Shown in pieces: positions 1 to 10,100 of a stretch of DNA of 44,278 bases (within the stretch, counting starts at the first letter, position 1; every line of letters begins with the position of its first letter). The notes under the pieces were generated by a model. That model had not been told where the DNA came from. It made no database searches and was given only the letters and a program-made list of their open reading frames with translations. The position numbers were made by a program, and so were the translations under genes. Source of the DNA: Chiloscyllium plagiosum (lineage: Eukaryota); NCBI RefSeq assembly GCF_004010195.1, contig NW_025214468.1, positions 1 through 44,278 on the forward strand, written 5' to 3'.

Positions 1-215
1 ATCCTGACAAATGTTTATCTCCCACCCAATATGTCTTAAACACTCATCGCCTTGCTGCTTTTGGGAGCTCACTGTGATCAAAATTGATTGCTTTAGCTCC
101 TATATTACAACAATGACTCTACCTCAAAAGTAAACTCTACTCTACATGACCAGGTATAAAATGCTTTCAGATATGTTATTGCAAAAGGTGCAACATAAAT
201 GCAACCTATTTTCTC
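1..215 (+). mobile_element. Degenerate 3' portion of a DeuSINE-type SINE (SacSINE1/AmnSINE1-like), cut by the window edge
   Basis: Blocks TTGCTGCTTTTGGGAGCTCACTGTG, CCTATATTACAACAATGACTCTACCTCAAAAGTA and AAAAGGTGCAACATAAATGCAA occur in the order I recall for the shark DeuSINE tail (ttgctgtttgtgggagcttgctgtg...cctacattacaacagtgactacacttcaaaagta...aaaggcgctatataaatgcaag). Match is from memory, not a search. Confidence 0.65.
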
Positions 216-611
216 CTCATTTAGCCTGATTAATGATTGGAAGTTGTAATAGCTGTAATTCAATAGTTACAACAGCAGCATTTTCTAGCTGTGTGCCCGC
301 TGGGTAAGAGTGGCAAGGATAGAATGCCAGCCAGGAGAGATAGGGTGCCAGATGAATGGGGGTAGAGTGTCAGATGAATAGGATGCCAGGATGCAAGGCA
401 AAAAATGCAGTGTTTACAGCAGGCCAGAATAAGTGGGAGAAATTGGGTCCTGTGGAGGCTGGGTCCTGTAAGGGAGGGGGCGGGGTGCTGTTGGTTGAGC
501 TTGTGGATGGGTGATTGGGTCTGGTAGGGACAATATATTCAGGTTCGGTCCAACCAGAGGGATTGTTGGCAGATTGGTCTGGTGCTGGGAGGGGTAGCAG
601 TACGGGTAAGT

Positions 612-646
612 CCATAAGATATCTAAGTAGCATTCGGTCATTGGAG
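612..646 (-). mobile_element. Extreme 3' end of an older CR1 LINE copy (left half, interrupted by a younger CR1)
   Basis: CCATAAGATAT...CATTCGGTCATTGGAG resembles a reverse-complemented CR1 terminus (cataagatataggagc...cattcggcccatcgag). It continues in register at ~1749. Confidence 0.5.
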
Positions 647-1748
647 CATAGAACGTTACAGCGCAGTACAGGCCCTTTGGCCCTCGATGTTGCACCGATC
701 TATGAAAATAATCTAATGCCCATCTAACCTACACTGTTCCATTATTATGCATTTGTATGTCCAATGTCCAATTAAATGCCTTTAACGTCAGCATGTCAAC
801 TACTGTTACAGGCAGGCCATTCCATCCACGTTAGCCTCTGAGTAAAGAAACTACCACTAATATCTGTCCTAAGTCTATCACTCATCAATTTAAAGCTATG
901 TCCCCTCATGTTAGCCTTCACCATCCAAGGAAAAAGGCTCTCACTGCCCACTCTATCTCACCCTCTGATTATCTTATATGTCTCGATTAAATCACCTCAA
1001 CTTTCTTCTCTCCAATGAAAACAGTCTCAGTTCCCTCAACCTTTCCTCATAAGACCTTCCTTGCATACCAGGCAACATCCCAGTTAATTTCCTCCAAACC
1101 CTTTCCAAAACTTCCTCATCCTTCCGATAATGCGATGACCACAACTGCATGCAATACTGCAGGTGCAGCCTACAGTGTCTTGTACAACTGAAGCATGACG
1201 TCATGGCTCCAAAACTCAATCCCCCTACTGATAAACACCAACACACCATATGCCTTCTTAACAACCTTATCAACCTGGGTGGCAACATTTAGGGATTTAT
1301 GCACCTGGACACAGAGATCTCTGTGTTCAGCCATACTGCCAAGAACTTTACCATTAGCCCAGTATTCTGCATTGCTGTTACCTCTTCTGAAGTGAACTAC
1401 TTCACACTTTTCTATATTAAACTTCATTTGCCACTTCTCAGCCCAGCTCTGTATCATATCTATATCCCTCTGTAACCCATAACATCCTTCGGCAGTATTC
1501 GCAGCTCTGCCTATCTTAGTATCATCTACAAATTTACTAACCCATCCTTACACGCACACCTCCAGATCATTTATAAAAGTGACAAACAGCAGTGGCCGCA
1601 AAACATATCTTTGCAGCACATCACTGGTAACTGAGCTCCAGGATGAACATTTCCCATCAACCAACACCCTCTGCCTTCTTTCAGCTAGCCAATTTCTATT
1701 CCAAACCATTAAATCACCTTCAATCCCAAAACCCCTTACCTTGACCGC
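647..1748 (-). mobile_element. 5'-truncated, frameshifted CR1 LINE: C-terminal half of ORF2 reverse transcriptase plus 3' UTR
   Basis: Minus-strand translations give typical CR1 ORF2 motifs. WNRNWLAERRQRVLVDG...LRPLLFVTFINDL (ORF 1548-1763) is a degenerate GVPQGSVLGPLLF..INDL. SKFVDDTKIG (~1509-1538) is the catalytic F/YADD box. WAEKWQMKFNIEKCEVVHF...MLQLYKTL (1170-1457) and YCMQLWSSHYRKD...SYEERLRELRLFSLERRKLR (992-1288) follow. The 3' UTR ends at ...GTTCTATG (+ strand CATAGAAC, 647). Stops and frameshifts make it a dead copy. Confidence 0.93.
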
Positions 1749-1851
1749 AGTCTGATCTGCCATTCATTTATGACTGATATGTTTCTCAACTTCATTCTCC
1801 CCTTACTAATCAAGATCCTATCTATCTATCTATCTTAAATACTCTAAATGA
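1749..1851 (-). mobile_element. Continuation of the older CR1 3' UTR (right half of the interrupted copy)
   Basis: AGTCTGATCTGCCATTCATTTATGACTGATATGTTTCTCAAC...CCCCTTACTAATCAAGATCCTATCTATCT...TTAAATAC is similar to the reverse complement of the CR1 3' end at 42852-43006 in this window (GAGTCTGCT, ATCATGGCTGAT, TTAATCAAGAT). Confidence 0.7.
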
Positions 1852-3213
1852 AAGGACAGATGCAGCAGGGATCAGTGGGTAGGTGGTGCAGAATAGGGGA
1901 CATCTATCCAGCCAGCAGTGGGGGATTGAGGAAGGGAATGTTAGGTCCCTGAGAGGTGCCAGCGAATTGGAGGATAGATTTAGGGTGTAAGGTAGGTATG
2001 GGATCAGTTTAGTAGTTACTCAGGAGTTAGACGATGTATTTAATAATCTAACATTTCCTGAGTAAATTATTTACCAACTTTCATCAGAACCCTCTAAAAT
2101 CTCTAATTTAAATGGAGACTTTTGGTGTGTTGCAGGCGTGGAAGAATTGCCCAGTGGAAAATTCAGTTTCCTGGCATGCCTTCAGAGTTAGTTATAATGG
2201 GAATTTTGCAGGGTTCCTTGTGCAAATCCTATCTGTGTCTAGTCAGTTTAAAATACAAGCCAGTGAATAAAGGATTCCAAAGACCTGATATGTCTTAATT
2301 TACTTAGTGAGAAACTGAGGAATATAAAGTGGTGTTGTCCTCACTTGAATGCCAAATTAATGGAGAGATAGCTAATAACCCACAAGTAGTCCTGGTTGGA
2401 GGACTGAAAAGTTCACCTTGCTTTTCATTGCTATTCAATGATTCTGCTGCAGAAATATATTTATAAGTTTCAGTTGCAGAAGAAATCAGTGCCAGCTACA
2501 ATTTAACTAATAATAGCACAGAGAAACAAGCTGTAAGCTGTTGGTATCTGTATTAAGAATAAAAGTTTGGATGTAGATCTTGTTTATAGATTCATTCGAG
2601 GAAAGCCTGATCAGAAAATTACATGACAACATACTGCAGGGGAACACATTATAGTTGTTGGTGTAATATAGACAAAGTCTGGAATGATATGTAATGGATG
2701 AATCTTTGGCTGCATATTGATTATTGTTATGTCTGTGCTATGAGATTGTACATTTGGTACACCTCAAATTAAACTGGCTGTTATTAAATTTGTGGGAACA
2801 AGAGTTAAGCGAGTGGAAAATAGTGATGGTTAATTTGCATTTGCAGGCACTTAACAGAAATGAAATATCTTAAAATGGATTTGGGCAAAATAAATGACCA
2901 AGAAACCAGTAATTATCAGAGGTCAAGATGCATACCATGGTACCAATACCGATGAATTTTAGATACTCTCAGAAAGAATCACATTGAGAGAATCTTGAAA
3001 CTTCTGATTGTATTGGTCACATTTGTGGCCTGGAAGTGAGGATACTTTCGAGTCAATCTGTTTGGAGATGTCATTACACACCTCTGGAGCAAGTGGGGCG
3101 TACTACTACATTACAAGAGCCCCCCAGGAAGTGAAGACTCGAAACAGGACAGAGAAACATGTTTGTGGATCTTCTAATAGTCAAATTTTGTCCAAGGTCA
3201 ACATGAGGCATAC

Positions 3214-3227
3214 AAAAAAAAAAAAAA
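3214..3227 (+). repeat. A14 homopolymer
   Basis: Direct reading of the sequence. Confidence 0.9.
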
Positions 3228-4104
3228 TCGCATTTGACTCTACAGCTGGTCATAGGCTAACACCTATGGAGTTAGATTTTTTTTTCAGACCAGCACTCTA
3301 GATATGAGCAGGAATAAGCATGATAAAAGGTGTAATATTTCAAAAAACAGGTTATTTTAAACTTGTGACATTGGGGTTTATTCTATTTGTTTAATGAGGT
3401 CAGTCTTTTTGGAAATATGATTTTAAACCAGTATGTTAGAGACAGCAGCTGACTGAAGATTAATGGAACTTTATTCATATTGTAGGGTGTTACAACAGGA
3501 AAAGTAAAAAAAAAAGGCATTAAGCAATTAGTTTAGCAGAAGCAGAGCACGACTTTTGAAATTAATTAAAAATTTAATTCATTTCAAAGTCAAATTGTCA
3601 GCTGAAAGATGCAAGAACAAACACAAAAAAATGGAATTTGTTCACAGCAGTTAAGGAGAATGAGCCCTCCCAGTGGAAGGGTTGCGGTTATGTGAAAACG
3701 TCCAGACCAGAAGTGTTTGGTTAGAAATCCACAATTTATATTTCAATGATGAGAAAATCTAAGAGCCAGGTGAGTCAAAGTAAACGGCTTCACAGCTCAA
3801 GACCAGAACTGAAAATAAGTGAAAAACACAATCTACAAATTTAATAGGGAAGGAGGATTTTGAATACCTGTAAAAGTGATGCTGTTTTGCCGGGTGTTTG
3901 AAAACCTTTTAAATTTGTTATACATAGATTGTTTAATTTCTTTTTCTATCTTTCACACAATAAAGTTGTTTTATTGTTAAACATATAAGACTGCAGATTT
4001 GTCTTTACATTTTATGAAACCACAATATTTTTAAAAAATGAAGTCAGATTTAATTCTGAGTGAGATTATTGTTCACGGTTCCTTGAATAATCAGTCCAGA
4101 TTAT

Positions 4105-4140
4105 GGGGGGGGGGGGGGGGGGGGGAGACAGAGAGAGACA
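4105..4140 (+). repeat. G21 homopolymer followed by AGACAGAGAGAGACA (left border of the array)
   Basis: 21 consecutive G at 4105-4125, then an interrupted GA microsatellite up to the first full array unit. Confidence 0.95.
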
Positions 4141-7100
4141 GAGAGAGAGCGCGTCAGAGAGAGAGAGCGCGTCAGAGAGAGAGAGCGCGTCAGAGAGAGA
4201 GAGCGCGTCAGAGAGAGAGAGCGCGTCAGAGAGAGAGAGCGCGTCAGAGAGAGAGAGCGCGTCAGAGAGAGAGAGCGCGTCAGAGAGAGAGAGCGCGTCA
4301 GAGAGAGAGAGCGCGTCAGAGAGAGAGAGCGCGTCAGAGAGAGAGAGCGCGTCAGAGAGAGAGAGCGCGTCAGAGAGAGAGAGCGCGTCAGAGAGAGAGA
4401 GCGCGTCAGAGAGAGAGAGCGCGTCAGAGAGAGAGAGCGCGTCAGAGAGAGAGAGCGCGTCAGAGAGAGAGAGCGCGTCAGAGAGAGAGAGCGCGTCAGA
4501 GAGAGAGAGCGCGTCAGAGAGAGAGAGCGCGTCAGAGAGAGAGAGCGCGTCAGAGAGAGAGAGCGCGTCAGAGAGAGAGAGCGCGTCAGAGAGAGAGAGC
4601 GCGTCAGAGAGAGAGAGCGCGTCAGAGAGAGAGAGCGCGTCAGAGAGAGAGAGCGCGTCAGAGAGAGAGAGCGCGTCAGAGAGAGAGAGCGCGTCAGAGA
4701 GAGAGAGCGCGTCAGAGAGAGAGAGCGCGTCAGAGAGAGAGAGCGCGTCAGAGAGAGAGAGCGCGTCAGAGAGAGAGAGCGCGTCAGAGAGAGAGAGCGC
4801 GTCAGAGAGAGAGAGCGCGTCAGAGAGAGAGAGCGCGTCAGAGAGAGAGAGCGCGTCAGAGAGAGAGAGCGCGTCAGAGAGAGAGAGCGCGTCAGAGAGA
4901 GAGAGCGCGTCAGAGAGAGAGAGCGCGTCAGAGAGAGAGAGCGCGTCAGAGAGAGAGAGCGCGTCAGAGAGAGAGAGCGCGTCAGAGAGAGAGAGCGCGT
5001 CAGAGAGAGAGAGCGCGTCAGAGAGAGAGAGCGCGTCAGAGAGAGAGAGCGCGTCAGAGAGAGAGAGCGCGTCAGAGAGAGAGAGCGCGTCAGAGAGAGA
5101 GAGCGCGTCAGAGAGAGAGAGCGCGTCAGAGAGAGAGAGCGCGTCAGAGAGAGAGAGCGCGTCAGAGAGAGAGAGCGCGTCAGAGAGAGAGAGCGCGTCA
5201 GAGAGAGAGAGCGCGTCAGAGAGAGAGAGCGCGTCAGAGAGAGAGAGCGCGTCAGAGAGAGAGAGCGCGTCAGAGAGAGAGAGCGCGTCAGAGAGAGAGA
5301 GCGCGTCAGAGAGAGAGAGCGCGTCAGAGAGAGAGAGCGCGTCAGAGAGAGAGAGCGCGTCAGAGAGAGAGAGCGCGTCAGAGAGAGAGAGCGCGTCAGA
5401 GAGAGAGAGCGCGTCAGAGAGAGAGAGCGCGTCAGAGAGAGAGAGCGCGTCAGAGAGAGAGAGCGCGTCAGAGAGAGAGAGCGCGTCAGAGAGAGAGAGC
5501 GCGTCAGAGAGAGAGAGCGCGTCAGAGAGAGAGAGCGCGTCAGAGAGAGAGAGCGCGTCAGAGAGAGAGAGCGCGTCAGAGAGAGAGAGCGCGTCAGAGA
5601 GAGAGAGCGCGTCAGAGAGAGAGAGCGCGTCAGAGAGAGAGAGCGCGTCAGAGAGAGAGAGCGCGTCAGAGAGAGAGAGCGCGTCAGAGAGAGAGAGCGC
5701 GTCAGAGAGAGAGAGCGCGTCAGAGAGAGAGAGCGCGTCAGAGAGAGAGAGCGCGTCAGAGAGAGAGAGCGCGTCAGAGAGAGAGAGCGCGTCAGAGAGA
5801 GAGAGCGCGTCAGAGAGAGAGAGCGCGTCAGAGAGAGAGAGCGCGTCAGAGAGAGAGAGCGCGTCAGAGAGAGAGAGCGCGTCAGAGAGAGAGAGCGCGT
5901 CAGAGAGAGAGAGCGCGTCAGAGAGAGAGAGCGCGTCAGAGAGAGAGAGCGCGTCAGAGAGAGAGAGCGCGTCAGAGAGAGAGAGCGCGTCAGAGAGAGA
6001 GAGCGCGTCAGAGAGAGAGAGCGCGTCAGAGAGAGAGAGCGCGTCAGAGAGAGAGAGCGCGTCAGAGAGAGAGAGCGCGTCAGAGAGAGAGAGCGCGTCA
6101 GAGAGAGAGAGCGCGTCAGAGAGAGAGAGCGCGTCAGAGAGAGAGAGCGCGTCAGAGAGAGAGAGCGCGTCAGAGAGAGAGAGCGCGTCAGAGAGAGAGA
6201 GCGCGTCAGAGAGAGAGAGCGCGTCAGAGAGAGAGAGCGCGTCAGAGAGAGAGAGCGCGTCAGAGAGAGAGAGCGCGTCAGAGAGAGAGAGCGCGTCAGA
6301 GAGAGAGAGCGCGTCAGAGAGAGAGAGCGCGTCAGAGAGAGAGAGCGCGTCAGAGAGAGAGAGCGCGTCAGAGAGAGAGAGCGCGTCAGAGAGAGAGAGC
6401 GCGTCAGAGAGAGAGAGCGCGTCAGAGAGAGAGAGCGCGTCAGAGAGAGAGAGCGCGTCAGAGAGAGAGAGCGCGTCAGAGAGAGAGAGCGCGTCAGAGA
6501 GAGAGAGCGCGTCAGAGAGAGAGAGCGCGTCAGAGAGAGAGAGCGCGTCAGAGAGAGAGAGCGCGTCAGAGAGAGAGAGCGCGTCAGAGAGAGAGAGCGC
6601 GTCAGAGAGAGAGAGCGCGTCAGAGAGAGAGAGCGCGTCAGAGAGAGAGAGCGCGTCAGAGAGAGAGAGCGCGTCAGAGAGAGAGAGCGCGTCAGAGAGA
6701 GAGAGCGCGTCAGAGAGAGAGAGCGCGTCAGAGAGAGAGAGCGCGTCAGAGAGAGAGAGCGCGTCAGAGAGAGAGAGCGCGTCAGAGAGAGAGAGCGCGT
6801 CAGAGAGAGAGAGCGCGTCAGAGAGAGAGAGCGCGTCAGAGAGAGAGAGCGCGTCAGAGAGAGAGAGCGCGTCAGAGAGAGAGAGCGCGTCAGAGAGAGA
6901 GAGCGCGTCAGAGAGAGAGAGCGCGTCAGAGAGAGAGAGCGCGTCAGAGAGAGAGAGCGCGTCAGAGAGAGAGAGCGCGTCAGAGAGAGAGAGCGCGTCA
7001 GAGAGAGAGAGCGCGTCAGAGAGAGAGAGCGCGTCAGAGAGAGAGAGCGCGTCAGAGAGAGAGAGCGCGTCAGAGAGAGAGAGCGCGTCAGAGAGAGAGA

Positions 7101-10100
7101 GCGCGTCAGAGAGAGAGAGCGCGTCAGAGAGAGAGAGCGCGTCAGAGAGAGAGAGCGCGTCAGAGAGAGAGAGCGCGTCAGAGAGAGAGAGCGCGTCAGA
7201 GAGAGAGAGCGCGTCAGAGAGAGAGAGCGCGTCAGAGAGAGAGAGCGCGTCAGAGAGAGAGAGCGCGTCAGAGAGAGAGAGCGCGTCAGAGAGAGAGAGC
7301 GCGTCAGAGAGAGAGAGCGCGTCAGAGAGAGAGAGCGCGTCAGAGAGAGAGAGCGCGTCAGAGAGAGAGAGCGCGTCAGAGAGAGAGAGCGCGTCAGAGA
7401 GAGAGAGCGCGTCAGAGAGAGAGAGCGCGTCAGAGAGAGAGAGCGCGTCAGAGAGAGAGAGCGCGTCAGAGAGAGAGAGCGCGTCAGAGAGAGAGAGCGC
7501 GTCAGAGAGAGAGAGCGCGTCAGAGAGAGAGAGCGCGTCAGAGAGAGAGAGCGCGTCAGAGAGAGAGAGCGCGTCAGAGAGAGAGAGCGCGTCAGAGAGA
7601 GAGAGCGCGTCAGAGAGAGAGAGCGCGTCAGAGAGAGAGAGCGCGTCAGAGAGAGAGAGCGCGTCAGAGAGAGAGAGCGCGTCAGAGAGAGAGAGCGCGT
7701 CAGAGAGAGAGAGCGCGTCAGAGAGAGAGAGCGCGTCAGAGAGAGAGAGCGCGTCAGAGAGAGAGAGCGCGTCAGAGAGAGAGAGCGCGTCAGAGAGAGA
7801 GAGCGCGTCAGAGAGAGAGAGCGCGTCAGAGAGAGAGAGCGCGTCAGAGAGAGAGAGCGCGTCAGAGAGAGAGAGCGCGTCAGAGAGAGAGAGCGCGTCA
7901 GAGAGAGAGAGCGCGTCAGAGAGAGAGAGCGCGTCAGAGAGAGAGAGCGCGTCAGAGAGAGAGAGCGCGTCAGAGAGAGAGAGCGCGTCAGAGAGAGAGA
8001 GCGCGTCAGAGAGAGAGAGCGCGTCAGAGAGAGAGAGCGCGTCAGAGAGAGAGAGCGCGTCAGAGAGAGAGAGCGCGTCAGAGAGAGAGAGCGCGTCAGA
8101 GAGAGAGAGCGCGTCAGAGAGAGAGAGCGCGTCAGAGAGAGAGAGCGCGTCAGAGAGAGAGAGCGCGTCAGAGAGAGAGAGCGCGTCAGAGAGAGAGAGC
8201 GCGTCAGAGAGAGAGAGCGCGTCAGAGAGAGAGAGCGCGTCAGAGAGAGAGAGCGCGTCAGAGAGAGAGAGCGCGTCAGAGAGAGAGAGCGCGTCAGAGA
8301 GAGAGAGCGCGTCAGAGAGAGAGAGCGCGTCAGAGAGAGAGAGCGCGTCAGAGAGAGAGAGCGCGTCAGAGAGAGAGAGCGCGTCAGAGAGAGAGAGCGC
8401 GTCAGAGAGAGAGAGCGCGTCAGAGAGAGAGAGCGCGTCAGAGAGAGAGAGCGCGTCAGAGAGAGAGAGCGCGTCAGAGAGAGAGAGCGCGTCAGAGAGA
8501 GAGAGCGCGTCAGAGAGAGAGAGCGCGTCAGAGAGAGAGAGCGCGTCAGAGAGAGAGAGCGCGTCAGAGAGAGAGAGCGCGTCAGAGAGAGAGAGCGCGT
8601 CAGAGAGAGAGAGCGCGTCAGAGAGAGAGAGCGCGTCAGAGAGAGAGAGCGCGTCAGAGAGAGAGAGCGCGTCAGAGAGAGAGAGCGCGTCAGAGAGAGA
8701 GAGCGCGTCAGAGAGAGAGAGCGCGTCAGAGAGAGAGAGCGCGTCAGAGAGAGAGAGCGCGTCAGAGAGAGAGAGCGCGTCAGAGAGAGAGAGCGCGTCA
8801 GAGAGAGAGAGCGCGTCAGAGAGAGAGAGCGCGTCAGAGAGAGAGAGCGCGTCAGAGAGAGAGAGCGCGTCAGAGAGAGAGAGCGCGTCAGAGAGAGAGA
8901 GCGCGTCAGAGAGAGAGAGCGCGTCAGAGAGAGAGAGCGCGTCAGAGAGAGAGAGCGCGTCAGAGAGAGAGAGCGCGTCAGAGAGAGAGAGCGCGTCAGA
9001 GAGAGAGAGCGCGTCAGAGAGAGAGAGCGCGTCAGAGAGAGAGAGCGCGTCAGAGAGAGAGAGCGCGTCAGAGAGAGAGAGCGCGTCAGAGAGAGAGAGC
9101 GCGTCAGAGAGAGAGAGCGCGTCAGAGAGAGAGAGCGCGTCAGAGAGAGAGAGCGCGTCAGAGAGAGAGAGCGCGTCAGAGAGAGAGAGCGCGTCAGAGA
9201 GAGAGAGCGCGTCAGAGAGAGAGAGCGCGTCAGAGAGAGAGAGCGCGTCAGAGAGAGAGAGCGCGTCAGAGAGAGAGAGCGCGTCAGAGAGAGAGAGCGC
9301 GTCAGAGAGAGAGAGCGCGTCAGAGAGAGAGAGCGCGTCAGAGAGAGAGAGCGCGTCAGAGAGAGAGAGCGCGTCAGAGAGAGAGAGCGCGTCAGAGAGA
9401 GAGAGCGCGTCAGAGAGAGAGAGCGCGTCAGAGAGAGAGAGCGCGTCAGAGAGAGAGAGCGCGTCAGAGAGAGAGAGCGCGTCAGAGAGAGAGAGCGCGT
9501 CAGAGAGAGAGAGCGCGTCAGAGAGAGAGAGCGCGTCAGAGAGAGAGAGCGCGTCAGAGAGAGAGAGCGCGTCAGAGAGAGAGAGCGCGTCAGAGAGAGA
9601 GAGCGCGTCAGAGAGAGAGAGCGCGTCAGAGAGAGAGAGCGCGTCAGAGAGAGAGAGCGCGTCAGAGAGAGAGAGCGCGTCAGAGAGAGAGAGCGCGTCA
9701 GAGAGAGAGAGCGCGTCAGAGAGAGAGAGCGCGTCAGAGAGAGAGAGCGCGTCAGAGAGAGAGAGCGCGTCAGAGAGAGAGAGCGCGTCAGAGAGAGAGA
9801 GCGCGTCAGAGAGAGAGAGCGCGTCAGAGAGAGAGAGCGCGTCAGAGAGAGAGAGCGCGTCAGAGAGAGAGAGCGCGTCAGAGAGAGAGAGCGCGTCAGA
9901 GAGAGAGAGCGCGTCAGAGAGAGAGAGCGCGTCAGAGAGAGAGAGCGCGTCAGAGAGAGAGAGCGCGTCAGAGAGAGAGAGCGCGTCAGAGAGAGAGAGC
10001 GCGTCAGAGAGAGAGAGCGCGTCAGAGAGAGAGAGCGCGTCAGAGAGAGAGAGCGCGTCAGAGAGAGAGAGCGCGTCAGAGAGAGAGAGCGCGTCAGAGA

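Noticed and set aside
370..727. Pro-rich short ORFs (370-633, 414-695, 515-727)
   Set aside because: They reflect G-rich low-complexity sequence and run across repeat junctions; no recognisable domain.
992..1763. ORFs as an active reverse transcriptase gene
   Set aside because: These are fragments of a truncated CR1 with stops, frameshifts and degenerate motifs.
2417..2446. Possible 30-nt minus-strand microexon (ESLNSNEKQ) between TTTCTGCAG and GTGAAC
   Set aside because: Weak donor, short pyrimidine tract and no recognisable protein; needs RNA-seq.
3648..3777. Possible + strand exon ending at a perfect donor CAG|GTGAGT (3767-3775), overlapping an AP-1 site TGAGTCA
   Set aside because: All three frames from the nearest acceptor contain stops; isolated motifs of this size are expected by chance. 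A non-coding exon cannot be excluded.
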